A stretch of DNA of 64,000 nt from Amoebidium appalachense (taxonomy: Eukaryota > Protista > Ichthyosporea). Below the pieces are notes generated by a model that was given only the letters and a program-made list of their open reading frames with translations, searched no databases and was not told the DNA's origin. This document shows, in pieces, positions 39,518 to 64,000 of this stretch. The position numbers were made by a program, and so were the translations under genes. Location of the stretch: assembly GCA_963693365.1 (NCBI GenBank), contig CAVNZM010000001.1, positions 8,386,907-8,450,906 on the forward strand, in the 5' to 3' direction. Numbering within the stretch: position 1 is the stretch's first letter; every line of letters starts with the position of its first letter.

Positions 39518-40172
39518 GTTGAAGAGAAATATGAGAAAGTGTGAACGTGGGTGGCGGCGAGAAAAAAAGAGGACAAAGACACAATCGATCGTTTGGAGAG
39601 AGCACGGGTTGCTGAGGAGAAATGTGTGTGTGCTTCTGGAAAGCACGGTGCGCGTGTCAGTTATTAAACCAGAAAACACGTGTTTCTGTTGCCTCTGTGT
39701 GTGTGCGTGTGTGTGTGTGTCCCGAAGGAACGGAACACCCGAGGTACATGAGCACACGATGACGCACGATGACGTAAGCGCATGGCTTCGGCACTTTTGA
39801 TTGGCTGCTGTTTCTAGTCTGACGCATAGACTCCACTAAATCGTACAAGCTGCAAGAATTTGCACGCTGCCATGTACGCAGTAGCATAGGGATACACTTG
39901 ATAGACTAACGTTTCTAGGCTTTAAAGGGAGCTCGAGAGATGTGGTAAGAGTAAGACGTTGATTATTGAGCGTTTGAAGAGTAGATAAAAGAAATCCGTG
40001 GCACGCCAATTAACTATTAAGCCTGTCTTTTGTTTTTGCCTCCACCAGCTTTATTGTTCATTCATTTCAAGGTTGACGCACCATTACACCACCGCTTGAA
40101 CAATCATTTGTCAACACGAAGATTCCTTATTGGATCCACCTGCCAAACACACATCCTTAACAGACAAATCCG

Positions 40173-40206
<34 letters not shown>

Positions 40207-40212
40207 GCATAG
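39518..40212. promoter_or_regulatory. Putative bidirectional promoter NUBP1/B3GAT
   Basis: Divergent ATGs ~700 bp apart. TGACG motifs at ~39760, 39770 and 39820; CCAAT/ATTGG at 39800, ~40006 and ~40129. Confidence 0.55.
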
Positions 40213-41879
40213 ATGGGTAAGGCAGCTATTGGGCCGGGGATACGGCCATTCATTCGCTATGCAGCGTTTGTACTGCTTGGCTGGCTGGCTGGCCGCTTAT
40301 GGTCCGGGTCAGGTTCCGTCCAGACACGAGAGCACTGCGCCGCTGCGCAGGTGGGCTTGTGTGCGTGTGTGCGTGTGTGCGTGTGTGCGTGTGTGCGTGT
40401 GTGTGTGTGTGCGCGCGCGTGTGTGTGGGTGTGCGTTGGTGTGCGTGTGTGTGTGTGGGGTGTGTGTGTGTGTGTGCATGCGTGCGTCTGCCGCAGCAAG
40501 GTGTGCGTGGGAGGAGAGTGTGTGTGTTTGTGTGTCGTGATGTATCTGCTCTACGAACATGGGCTGAGATCTAGATCCCATTGTTAACCATGATAAACAT
40601 TAAGGCTCCACTGTGGAGGTGGAAGCGCACAAAGGCAAGCGTATACACACAGAGTGCACGCAGAGCACGTGGCTTGGTGCATGATCAAGTAGTCACCGAT
40701 GAGTTATTGTGGGGTTTGCTGCACGAAGACATACACAAACGCATCACTTACATTTCTTGAGCGCCACGTACGCACACACAAATGACAGTGCATCTATCAC
40801 TGCAAGCAAGATACGGTCCGGGTTTGTTTTTTGCCTTATATAACAAAAAGCGGAATGCATGGATCTATGTGGTGTTTGTTTGAATCTGGCATCTGTTCTA
40901 GTGCTGATTTAGGTGTTTACAGCTGACAGAGGATGAGCTTGCACGGCTGCCCACCCTGTATGTCATCACCCCCACATACACCAGGCTCACACAGAGGGCT
41001 GACATGACAAGACTCAGCAACACCCTTAGAAACGTGAGTTTGTGGTACCCCCCCCCCTCTCTCCTCCCCGCCTACCCTCTCCGTGTTAGTGTGAATAGAG
41101 GGGGGGCTGTTATTCGCGGGGAGACGGAGAGGGGTGCACGTGAGAGGGGGATGTTGTTTGGGTGGAGATGGGGAGGGGTTGGGGGGTGGAGACGGGGAGG
41201 GGGAATTGGAAATTTCTTTGTTTGTGTATAGGCTTGGAGTTTTGCGTCCCTGTGAGTCATTGGGTGCAGGTGGTGTGTGGGGCGGGTCGTGTTTGTGTGT
41301 GCGGTTTGCGCGTGTATGTGTGTTCGTGTACGCACGTGTATTTGTTTGCATATGTGCATGTGTCAGCGTGCATGCCTTGCCCCTTTGTGAGTGTATGTGT
41401 TGCAGTCGTAGTGGGTTAGGCAGGTGTCGGAGGGAAAAAGCGGGAGGAGGGAGGGGGAGTGTATTTTTTCAAGCCTTTGGTTGGTTGGGCATGTGGACGG
41501 AAAGGGTTTGGATAGGTAGGGGTTGGGTTTTATTATTATTATTATTATTTTTATTATTATTATTTTTATTATTATTATTTTTATTATTATTTTTATTATT
41601 ATTATTATTATTTTTATTATTATTATTTTTTTTTTTTGGGGGGAGGGGGGGAAGGGTCGGTGGAGGTAGAGGGAGAGTAGGGGGCTGAGTAGACTTATTT
41701 ATGTGCCAGCAGCCTGGAGGACGTGAGGGTAGCAGCAAATCCAAATGCATGCTATGACCCTATGCAGACGGTTTGTTCCTGGGTCTGTGTATGGAGAAGG
41801 TCTGGAAGCATGAGTGGTGGTGGTGGTGGTGGTGGTATTTTTTTCTTTTTCTTTTTCTTTTTCTTTCTTTTTATTTTTT

Positions 41880-41910
<31 letters not shown>

Positions 41911-42631
41911 GAAGGGGGGGGGGGGGGGGAGGGGAGGATTTGGCAGGAGCGGGGGCGGCGGGGAGGGAGGGTGGGGGGGGGGGGAAGGGAGAGGGCTAGG
42001 GGGTGGGTAGGTGTGTGTGTGTGTGTGTGTGTGGGGGGGGGGGGGGGAAGCTTATTGTTTATAAGTTTTGGTGAAATTAATGCTCACGTCGGCACCAACG
42101 GGAAAATGTACACATATCTGGAACAAAGATGTGAGATTATTCTGCGGGGTTGTATTGGAGCAAAGGCAAAAAAAGATAGAGGCATATGCCTGGTGGTGCT
42201 TTTGGTGATGGTGGTGTTGGGAGTTTGGGGAGAGAAGGAGGGAAGAGGGGATATGTGTTGCCTGCATGACTGCAAGTTTTAGCACCAGGCCACGCCACCG
42301 CAAAGCATGCTCATGCACACAACTCTCACCTACTTGTTGGTGTCTGTGGGTCATACATATTCTAGACGCCAACCATTTACTCAGACAAATCTCACCTGTG
42401 TGTTTGCGTGGGTGATATATCCACTGACATTTTTCTTTCTTTTTTCTTTCTTTTTTTTTTTTTTTTTTCAGGTCAAGAAAGTTCATTGGGTGGTGGTTGA
42501 AGACAGCGACAAGAAGACGCAGGCAGTCAAAGACATACTTGCAAAGAGTGGGGTGTGGAGAACCACACAGCTCAACACGGCAACACCAAAGGAGGAGCAG
42601 GCTGCAGAGGGCATGCAGAGGTTCCAGGTGT

Positions 42632-42662
<31 letters not shown>

Positions 42663-42697
42663 GATGGGGGGTGGTGGTGGGGGGGGGGGGGGGGAGG

Positions 42698-42755
<58 letters not shown>

Positions 42756-43166
42756 GGATGGGGGGGGGGGGGGGGGGGCGGGGGAGTGAAATAGTTGGTG
42801 TGTGTATGTGTGTGGGGGGGAAGTGTGTGTGTGTGTGTGTATGGGGGGGAAGGGGGGGAAGGAGGGATGTGTGTGTGTGTGTGTGGGGAGGGGGGGGGCT
42901 GCATGTGTGTGTGTGTGTGTGTGTGGGGGGGGGGGGGGGAGGGAGAGGGGAGGGAGGGATGTGTGTGTGTGTGTGTGTGGGGAGGGGAGGGGGGGGGGGG
43001 GCTGGATGTGTGTGTGTGTGTGGGTGTCTGTGGGCGTGTGGTTGGTGTGTTTTTTTTTGGGGGGAGGGGGGGGGAGGGGGGGAATACAGTCATACATGCA
43101 TACCTGACACAGGCATGCGCCGATACAACGAGGTTCCTCCACACTCAGCATTTGGACCATAATACC

Positions 43167-43197
<31 letters not shown>

Positions 43198-43625
43198 TTC
43201 TCCCCTCCCCACACCACGACCAATGTCATGGGCTCTAATATGTCGCTAGCTTTTTGTGTTCTGTTGCCTATTTGCATTACACTTTTCGTCTCAAGGGAAT
43301 AACCTACTACCGTGTACCACGTTCGTACCCTAACAACAACAACCCCCCCCCCCTTTAACCCCCGGCCTTTCCCACTGCCCTTGCCTGCATAAGCAACCCT
43401 GCTCGTCTCTGATCAAGACGGGTGACCTACTCATGTTCAAGTGAAACAGTATCTGAGTTGGGTTGCGTTAACGAGGGGAATAGGTCGAATCTCGGGTACT
43501 GTGGATGACGTGGGCCCCCCCTGAGGATGGGCTCTGCTTATTATGCATACTCTTTATGTATGGCTTGCATTCTGCATCGTGTTATCCGTTTGTTCTTGTG
43601 TACTTCGTACTTTTTGACGCATTCA

Positions 43626-43657
<32 letters not shown>

Positions 43658-45066
43658 TTCTCCCCCCCCTCCCCCTCCCTTCTTCCCCCCCCCCCCCCCC
43701 CCCCCCCCCCGCCCCCCCGCCCGCCTCTCTCCTCCGCAGTATCATCGAGGTGTGGACCAGCGCAACCTTGCACTGAACACGATAGCAGGATTCGAAGACA
43801 GGAACGGGGTTGTGTATTTTGCCGACGATGACAACAGCTACGATTTGGATGTTTTCGAGGAAATGCGGACAACAAAGAGGGTGTCTATTTGGCCTGTGGC
43901 GTTCGTGGGGGGGCAGAGTTATGAGCGCCCTATTGTCACTGATGGGAAGGTGTGTGGCATGCACACACACATACACACACGTGCAGACACACATGCATGT
44001 GTAAACACACACACACACACACACACACACGGGCAGATAGACACACACATACGGAACACACCTGCATGTGTGCACACATACACACACACACATCACACAA
44101 CCCCCCCCCCCCCCCCCCCCCCCCCGCCCCAGACACCCACCTACCCACCCCCTCCCCCCTCCCCCCGCACACACCTGCGCCCCTCCCCCCCCCCCCCCAC
44201 ACACACCAACACCCACGCGCGCGCACACACACACGTACATGCCCGAACATACACACACACACACTGACAACCAATACACGATCCTTCTTTTGTGCAGGTG
44301 ACGGGTTGGCACGTATCGTGGCACCCCGAGAGAACGTACCCTACAGATATGTCGTCCTTTGCCTTCCACACCTCCCTGCTGCACGGGCCAAAGGGGTAGG
44401 TGCAATTGTGTGTGTGTGTGAATGTGTGTGTGTGTGTGCGCGTGCGTGCTTGAGATTTGGGGGGGGGGAGGGGGGGGGGGGGATGCTGTGTGTGGCGTGT
44501 ATGTGTTTGAGGGAGACGGGGGAAAAGCTGTGTGCATGTGGTCGTGTGTGTGACCAGGGTTGTTTTGGTGTGTTGTGTTTTCATCAGTTCTGCGCCATCG
44601 AGGTGCTGGCAACTAGCAGGCTTGGAACATGGATGCGGAGTGTGTGTATGTTGTGCATGCCTCGGTTCTACAGCCTAACACACATTTTGCTCCATGTTTC
44701 AATTCCACAGTTCCTGTATGTTGCACTCTTGCTTTCTGTGCTTCCACAACATGGGGAAAACACACGTGTTTATTCATTCGCGTTATAACCCTGTTACTAT
44801 ATACATCGGAAACATTTTGGCCGAGCCAGCAGCCAACTCTTGGTGATGGGGGGCGGGGTGGTCTTTCTTTGCAGGGTGCCGCAATTTAGCCACGCATGGC
44901 GCAAGGGGTTTCTGGAGAGCGGCCTCCTAGAACAGCTCCTTTCAAGCCCCGCCGAACTCGAACCAAAAGCGACAGGGTGCACGCGCATTCTCGTGTGGCA
45001 CACACGTACAGAGGTGCCAAACACAAAACGCGAAGCAAAACTACCCCCCGAACCATGGATGCTGGT

Positions 45067-45070
<4 letters not shown>
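40213..45070 (+). CDS. B3GAT3: GT43 beta-1,3-glucuronosyltransferase (B3GAT/GlcAT-I family)
   Basis: Exons 40213-40350, 40923-41033, 42472-42627, 43740-43949, 44298-44395, 44875-45070. Type II TM segment, [46 protein letters not shown] and ILVWHTRTE. Confidence 0.92.
41530..41625. repeat. (TTA)n microsatellite
   Basis: Read directly; a similar tract lies at 34790-34850. Confidence 0.9.
43370..43627 (+). mobile_element. Diverged copy of the SINE-like structured element in B3GAT intron 3
   Basis: Shares blocks gcataagcaaccctgctcgtct, tgatcaagacggg, ccctgaggatgggctctgcttat, gtacttcgtac and the terminal cgcattcaaa with the reverse complement of 6233-6515. Confidence 0.8.
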
Positions 45071-48123
<3,053 letters not shown>

Positions 48124-48623
48124 GGTGTGGCCTGTGTGCATGTGTCTGCGCGCGTGTGTGTGTGTGCGTGTGAGTGTTTCTGGGTTGATCAACCCTTCTG
48201 GCGAGGCTCCCTCCTGGCAACTATAACTACTGCGTTGCTTCGTGACCGCTGGGCGGCGGGAAAACTGCGGGGGGAGAGCAAGACCTCCTACTCCTACTCT
48301 CAGAGTATGTAGGAGGCCTTGGGGGAGAGTGACTGTGACGTCACCATTGAGCCATGGCAACCGCAGATGATTGGTTGTTAGTCATCAATGGACGTAATAG
48401 GTTTGCGCAAACACAGCCGAAGGGGCAGCATGCACACAGGCCACGGCCATCTAGAAACACCGGTGTTTCTAGATGGCCGTGCCGGTGTTTCTAGATGGCC
48501 GTGACCGAGGGGCATACCGTGGCACACACGCACACACGCTCACGTAAGGGGTTAGCTTCGTGACAGGTTTTTGGTTGCGGTAGTGCGAGTGAGAGCCCGG
48601 CCGCAGCCCTAAACAAAGTAGAC
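48124..48623. promoter_or_regulatory. Putative bidirectional promoter TVP23/DMAC1-like
   Basis: 500 bp between divergent ATGs. TGACGTCA at 48336-48343, CCATGGCAAC at 48352-48361, ATTGG at 48370 and a 40-bp palindrome at 48442-48481. Confidence 0.6.
48442..48503. repeat. Perfect 40-bp palindrome followed by a tandem copy of its right 22 bp
   Basis: cacggccatctagaaacaccggtgtttctagatggccgtg, then ccggtgtttctagatggccgtg. Confidence 0.95.
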
Positions 48624-48922
48624 ATGGTGCGTAGCTGACTTTTTAGATAGATGTGTGTGTGTGAGTGTATTTGCGTGTGTGTGTGCGTGTGTGTGTGTGT
48701 GTGTGTGTGCGCGTGTGTGTGTGTGCGTGGGTTTGTGTTCGGTGGTGGGGTTTCTGTGGCACGGAATTGTGTTTGGATCTACCGTTGAGAAGAGAGTGGG
48801 TGTATATGTGCGTTTTAGGGAGGGAGGGGAGTATACACTGTACGTGCGTGTGTGCAGTGTATGCTTGCGTCTGCGTGTTCGTTGTGTGGGCTCTGTCTCT
48901 CACTCTCTCTCTCACTCACTCC

Positions 48923-49001
<79 letters not shown>

Positions 49002-50208
49002 CCTCTCTCTCCTCTCCCCCCCCCCCTTCTCTCTCTGCCTCTCTCTCTCCCCCCCTCTCTCCCCCCCCCTCCCCCCCCCCCCCCCCCCCTCCCCTCTCCC
49101 TCTCTATGCCCCCCCCCCCCCCCCTCCCCCCTCGCTGTGCATCACCATCTCACTATTGTTCTTTCACCCGCTTTTCTCTCCCCCCCCCCCTCCCCCCCTC
49201 CGCCCCTCCCCCTTCCCCCCCCCCCCCCCCCCTACTCCCCCCTTTCCCTTCCCCGCTTCACCCCCCCCTCCCCCCCCCACACACACAGTTTTCGTGTGTG
49301 CGTGCGTGTGCCATGCAGGCGTGTGTACATGTGTGCCGTGTGATGAATCAATGATCGCTGTGGGCTGCATACACGCACTATTTGCATCGTTCAATAGCGA
49401 AATTTGCATAGAGAAATTTGGGTGCATACTTGTGGCAACACGCAGAGGGTGTGAGTGTATATTTTTACAACACCAGTGTGGATTTGGGCGCCGACACGTA
49501 CAGTGTGCAAGTTCTTGTGTGATGTGTGGTTACAGCCTCTCAGCAGTAGGAAGGTTGGGGGGGGGGAAGGGGGGAAGAGGTGGATAGGTTAGGGTTTGAA
49601 GTTAGGTAAGGGTCAGGGTTAGTGTTGCGGTTGTGGTTTGGAGTTTTGCAGGTATGTCATGTTCGGGGAAGAGGGGTGAGGGGGGGGAGGGGGGGGCAAG
49701 AGTATAGGAGTGGAGGGAGGGAAGGAGGGGGGAGGGGGGGAGAAGAAGTGGGGGGGAAGGGAGGGAGGGGGGAGGGAGGGAGGGAGGAAGGAAGCGGCGT
49801 GGGAAGAGGGGGAAAGGAGGGAGGGAGCGAGAGAGGATGTGTGTACGTGTGTGGGCGCGTGCTTGTGTTCAGATGTGTATGAAGGCTTGGGAAGGTTTTG
49901 GTCCTGTCACACATTAGTGATATCGTGCATAATTTGGCGAAGCGCACAAGGATGTTAAAGGGTTTTGCGAGCCTGCGACTACTGTTGCTGGGGTGTTCTG
50001 TGCTCACCTGAAATCTAAGACCAGGAATGGCAATTTGTTTTGTGCGGAGTGTGAGGATGTTTTCTTTACCTGTACGTAACAAAGGGAACAGAGGAATGAA
50101 CATATTGCGGAAGGTTTATTGAGAATGACGGTGGGTGTAGGGGGCCAAGGAGGAGGTTGCGGACTGCCTGCAGTGCCGCCTGATTGGTTCCACAGCACTC
50201 ACGGCCAC

Positions 50209-50284
<76 letters not shown>

Positions 50285-50815
50285 CCGCACGCATGTGTGA
50301 GCACGTGTAAAGCAGGTGGGGGAGTGGGGAGGTAGGGGGAGGGGACTGGTGCAACACCAGGAGGCACACAGCCTTTCTGTGTTACTTTGCTGCCCTTAGG
50401 ATTTGGCCGAAGAAAGAGGGGCCGGAGAGGGGGGGGGGGGTGGGGGGGTGGGGGGGTGGGGGGGGAGGGGGAAAGGGGGGAGGAGAGGGGAGGGGGGGCA
50501 TACCAAATACACACTAGTACGCACGACGGACAACGTAAGATGTTGCAGAGCACACACAAAAGACATGCATGAAAACTAAAGGCCCATCCTCAGGGACAGC
50601 CCAAGTCATCCATACTATCCTTGGGGGAGGGGCAAAGGGGATGTGGTGGGGTGGGGTGGGGTGTGGGGTACTGTGTGTGTGTGTGCAGGCGCGCGCACGT
50701 GTGTATGTGTGTGTCTGTCTGTGTCTGTCTGTGTGTGTGTTTGTGGTAGTGGTGGTGGTGGTGGTGGTTGGTTGGTTTTTTTTTGGGGGGGGGGGTGGGG
50801 GGAGGGGGGGTGGGG

Positions 50816-50851
<36 letters not shown>

Positions 50852-51480
50852 CGGGTCGCGTCGGGTCGGGTTTCAGCCTTAGGTGTCAACGTTGTGGTTA
50901 CTTGGTGTTTGGGCTGGGATATTTATAAACTTTTTTATTTGCGTGCATTTCTGCTTGCCGGGCAGGCCTGCTTCCCAGTGCATTTTTCTCTTTGTTGACG
51001 TCATTGCAGGGGGCTACCTGCTCTATGAGAGGCACCGGCAATATCCCCGGCACAAAAACACGTGGGCCATCCTGGCTGCAGGTAGGCATATGGGTGGGAT
51101 AGACGTGTGATATACCGTAATGCATTAGATATGCAGAGCACATGTAATGGAATTGGAGGCGCATGGGATATTATGAGGTGTTACGTTATCAAATGATAGA
51201 TGTGTGGGTATTCCATGTGGATGGGATAAAAGTGTATGCATGTGCATGTGGGGGTATTGTGGTTTGCAGCAAAATAAATATATTTTCTACATTTACACTT
51301 CTTTTTTCAGCACCCTCGGGCATTAAAAAATCTACTTCGCGCATAGATAGTGGTTAGATATACCACCATTAAATCCGCCCTTATGTTTCCACAGGGTTTT
51401 TTGCCGCTGGCCTCTACCGGCTGACCATGCCGATCAGTGGGCCAAGCCCAGCGGCCTCGGGCCCAAAGGCCAACAGCTAG
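48624..51480 (+). CDS. Small membrane protein, DUF4536/DMAC1 (TMEM261)-like, ~76 aa
   Basis: Exons 48624-48626 (ATG only, inferred), 50141-50210, 51010-51081, 51395-51480 give MGAKEEVADCLQCRLIGSTALTATGGYLLYERHRQYPRHKNTWAILAAGFFAAGLYRLTMP...*. The DCxxCRxxG start, two TM segments and GxYRL end fit DUF4536. Confidence 0.72.
50500..50620 (-). mobile_element. Truncated copy of the SINE-like element in DMAC1-like intron 2
   Basis: gcccatcctcagggacagcccaagtcatc at ~50582-50610 matches 6356-6384. Confidence 0.6.
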
Positions 51481-51518
51481 GCTATTTTTAGCTTGCCTGC
51501 ACCGCGGCCATGCTATTT

Positions 51519-60063
<8,545 letters not shown>

Positions 60064-60146
60064 GTTTGAACGTGTGAGTGTGCGTGTATGTGCGTGTGCG
60101 TGTGTGTGTCCGTGTGCGTGTTCTGGTAGCGCAGGATAATGTGTGC

Positions 60147-60193
<47 letters not shown>

Positions 60194-60592
60194 CGTGTGT
60201 GTACGTGTGCCTGTGTGGGTGTTTCTAGTTACGCAAGTTTTCCGTGACCTTTCTCATAGTGTGAATCCTGTTGGTTTGTTTGTTCTGTTTCCTCTCCGTG
60301 TTCTCTCTGGAACCGATCAGCCGGCAGGCTGGGCTTCAGCTGGTGGCCGCGGGATGAGTTCGCGCCAAAACTGAAATGGGGTGATTTGATTGGTCGTGGT
60401 TACTGAGCGGGCTCACGCGCGCCACAAAAAAATTCAAGTCAACACCGGTTGGGCCACTGTTCTGGCCCCCTAGGAAACTCCACATAACTCCTGCTTGTAC
60501 TGTGTAGCGATTTAGTTTTAGAAATCAAGCTCTTTCCCGTTTATATATATAGAGAGAGAAGGGTTTTATAGCGTGCGTGCAGCAACGCAGGA
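60064..60592. promoter_or_regulatory. Putative bidirectional promoter AMT6/7-like/UBA2
   Basis: 530 bp between divergent ATGs. E2F-like TTCGCGCCAAAA at 60359-60370, ATTGG at 60389 and a TATATATA run at ~60542. Confidence 0.55.
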
Positions 60593-61959
60593 ATGGAGGC
60601 GGCACTTCGCGGGGTGCTCGGCGCCGAGCTTTATGAGCGCGTGCACGGGGCAAAGGTTTTGGTGGTGGGGGCAGGAGGCATAGGCTGCGAGCTGCTGAAG
60701 AACCTCGTGCTGAGCGGTTTCAAGCACATAGAAGTGGTGCGTGTGTGTGTATATATGTGTTTGTGTGTGTGTGTTTGTGTGTGTGTGTGTGCGTGTGTGT
60801 TTGTGTGTGTGTGTGTGTGTGTTTGTGTGTGTGTGTGCGTGTGTGCATGCATGTGCACGTGGATACGTGTACGTGCGTGCGTGCGTGCTCGTAGGTCTGT
60901 GCACGTTTGTGCGTGCGGGCGTGCATGTGGGTGCTTGTGGGTGTGTATAAGCACTTCTGTGTGCTGCGTTTAAGCGTGCCTGCTCGTGTGTGTGTGTCTG
61001 TGTATGTGCGTGTGTCTTGTGTGTATGTGTGTGTGTGTGGGGGGGGGGAGGGGGGAGGGGGAGGGGGATGGGTGGTGGGTGGGTGTGGGTGTGCGGGTGG
61101 GTGTGCGTGTTTGGGTGGGTGGTTGGATGCGCGAGGACAGTGGGTATGTGTGTGTGTAGACATGTAAGTCTCCGTGCTTATGTGTTGCATGTGTGGGTAT
61201 GCACGCGCACGCGCGTGTGTGAGTTGCGTGGGTGCTTGCTCTTGTGTGTATGTTACTGCGTGACACGGAAAGGTGGGGAAGTTGAGGAAGTGGGTGAGGG
61301 ATTTCATACGGGAGAAGATGACTGTTAAGCAGGTTCTTGTGCAGATTGATCTGGACACGATCGACGTCAGTAATCTCAACAGACAGTTTTTGTTCCAGAA
61401 GCAGCATGTCGGCCAGTCCAAAGCACAGGTACCTTGCAGATCCATCCTCTCCCCCCCCCCCCCCCCCCCCCCTCGGGCACCGCCCTGCCCCCCTGCCCCC
61501 CTGCTTCTCGCCCTCCCGGCCGCTTCCCCCCCCCCCCCCCCCTCCCCCTCCCTCCCCGTCCCTGTTCCCCTCCTTCTCGTCCTCCCAGCCCCTCCCCCCC
61601 CCCTCTCCCCTCTTCCGCGCCTCACCCACCCACCCACCTACCCGTCCACGCACCCACCCACCTGCTATCCCACCCCTTCCTGCTGTCTTTGCTCCAATAT
61701 ACTTTTTCTTGACCATGTATGCCAATGTCTGTGAGGTGGTTCCTGAGATAGATGTGGACACGATCTGTGTTCTGATTGCCGAGATGGGTTTGTGCAGGTT
61801 GCTGTGCAGGCAGTGGGGCGCATGGCACCAGGGGTGCACCTTGTGGCCCACCATGCAGACGTCAAGGGGGACCAGTTTGGGCCCGACTATGTCAAGGGGT
61901 TTGGGTTGGTGCTGAATGCCCTGGATAACCTGAGTACGTGAGCACACACAGACACACAG

Positions 61960-62006
<47 letters not shown>

Positions 62007-62498
62007 CACGTGCATCTACACAGTCGCACACACAGACACGCACACATACATACACAAGAACACACAAGCGCACATGCACGCACGCACACTCAGGCGTGCA
62101 CGTGCGTGCTCAGATCCACCCACCCACACACACACACGGGCACACCCACCCACCCACCCACCCACCCACCCACACACACACCCACACACACACCCACACA
62201 CACCCACACACCCACACACACCCACACACACATACACACACACGACACCTACCCAACCACCCACCCACACGTCCCGCCCCATACACACACATCACATTCA
62301 CTTTTAAACGAGCACACACACGTACACAAACACTTCAGCGAACTACACCGAAAAACCTAACCTTCCCCCTCGTAGGTGCTCGCAACCACGTCAATCGACT
62401 CTGTCTGGCTGCCGACGTTCCTCTTGTTGAGAGTGGCACGGCAGGGTACCTGGGCCAGGTGACCGTCATAAAGAAGGTGTGTGTATGTGTGTGTGGTT

Positions 62499-62549
<51 letters not shown>

Positions 62550-63296
62550 CGCGTGAAATGTGTTCTTCTTATTGTGCGGGCATTTACGTGTGCAGAAGCA
62601 TTCGGCCGTGGCAGTGCTGGTGGGTTGGAGGTTGAATACGAGTGAGGGGTAACACGAGGATAGGAAAGTTAGAATGGGTGGTGGTGGTGTGTGTGTGTGT
62701 GTGTGTGTGTGGTGTGGTGTGGGGGGGGGGGGGATGGATGGGGGGGATGGAGGGGGGGGGGGGGGAGAGGGGAGAGGAGGTGAAGAGCGATATGTGATAA
62801 TGTAGGACGAGAAAAGGGCAGGGGGAGGGGAAGGGGAAGAGAGGGCTCAACTTCTGTGTGCTGAGGGCAGGGGGGGGGGGGGGGGAGAGAGAGAGAGACA
62901 GGGGGGGCAGGGGGGAGGGAGAGGGGAGCAGGGGTTGGGAGAGGGGGATTGAGGGGTTGTTAACTGACGGAGTGTGTGCAGGGTCGTACCGAGTGCTTCG
63001 AGTGCCAGCCAAAGCCACCACCAAAGAAACACCCCGTCTGCACTATCAGAAACACCCCGTCACTGCCCATACACTGCATCGTCTGGGCAAAATACCTTTT
63101 CCAGTACGTGTCTGTGTTTCTCTGTGGCTGTACTTGTGATGAATGGTCGTGTGGGTGGGTGGTCATGGGTAGGGTTGTGTTCGTGCATGGGTGTTTGCGT
63201 AATGTGCTTGGTGTAGTGTGGATGAGGTGTGGAAGCGAGGGATAGGGGCACATAAGTCAGTTACAGTGTGCATGTGCATGAACACGACACACGTTC

Positions 63297-63354
<58 letters not shown>

Positions 63355-63394
63355 ACACGCACGCACACACACACGCACACACACACGCACACAC

Positions 63395-63435
<41 letters not shown>

Positions 63436-63749
63436 CCCCTAGCTACCTACGGACCGACCCACCCACCCACCCACCGACATGCACACACACACACCCACAC
63501 CCACTCACTGCCACAGATAGCCACACAACCATCACAAATGCCTCCTCCCCCCCCCCCCCCCTCCCCTCGCCCCTCCGTCTGTCCCCCCACGCACACACAC
63601 ACAACCCACAGGGAGAGACACACACCAACCCTACGACCCACCCACACCCACCCTACATTAACCCATCCACACCCATCCACCCACATCCACCCACCCACAC
63701 ATACACACCTCCCCCCTCCCCCCCCCCCCCCCCATTCCTGCCCCACCAC

Positions 63750-63780
<31 letters not shown>

Positions 63781-63930
63781 CATCAATCCCCCCCCCCACC
63801 CCCCTCCCCTGTCTCCCCCTCCCCCACTGATGTACACACACACACTGACTGTGTGCTTGCAGGCAGCTGTACGGCCGTGCCGATGATGACAGCGCCATAT
63901 CACCGAACACAGAGGATCCGGAGGCTGCAG
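60593..63930 (+). CDS. UBA2: SUMO-activating enzyme subunit 2, 5' part; continues beyond the right edge
   Basis: Exons 60593-60736, 61345-61428, 61798-61933, 62376-62476, 62982-63103, 63863-63930. Motifs [67 protein letters not shown] and the catalytic [18 protein letters not shown]. Confidence 0.97.
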
Positions 63931-64000
63931 GTGTGTGTGTGTTTGTGTGCGTGTGTCTGTTGGGGGGGGGGGGGGGGAGGGGGGAGAGGGGGGGTAAGAT

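Noticed and set aside
49585-49625. Degenerate TTAGGG-like run
   Set aside because: Only one perfect unit in a G-rich intron, too short to call an interstitial telomere.
50174-51480. COA3-like reading of the small + strand gene using the acceptor at 50173
   Set aside because: The phase does not match the next exon; the acceptor at 50140 gives an in-frame DCxxCR DUF4536-like protein.

Overview
Intron-rich eukaryotic nuclear DNA. Short exons sit in introns full of G/C homopolymers and (CA/GT)n, (CT)n and (TTA)n microsatellites, so almost all ORFs in the supplied track are low-complexity artefacts. Splicing exons by hand gives nine housekeeping genes: NAE1(-, runs off the left edge), MMM1-like ERMES subunit(-), HDAC1/2(+), NUBP1/Nbp35(-), B3GAT/GlcAT-I(+), TVP23(-), DMAC1/DUF4536-like(+), an MT-A70 protein most like AMT6/7 (MTA9) of the 6mA DNA methyltransferase complex(-), and UBA2(+, runs off the right edge). 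After NAE1 the genes alternate between divergent pairs (0.5-0.8 kb apart) and very tight convergent pairs; B3GAT and TVP23 have overlapping stop codons. Animal-like HDAC1 and B3GAT together with Mmm1 and AMT6/7 suggest a unicellular holozoan such as an ichthyosporean (inference). Non-coding highlights: a dispersed ~400-bp SINE-like element with a 16-bp TSD and covarying RNA helices; a 298-bp TIR element with a 9-bp TSD; a ~13.5-kb block of nested duplications built on a ~105-bp hairpin core, possibly inside a 15-kb terminal intron of NUBP1; degenerate copies of splice junctions inside introns; and a perfect 40-bp promoter palindrome. All family assignments come from motif recognition; no database search was run.
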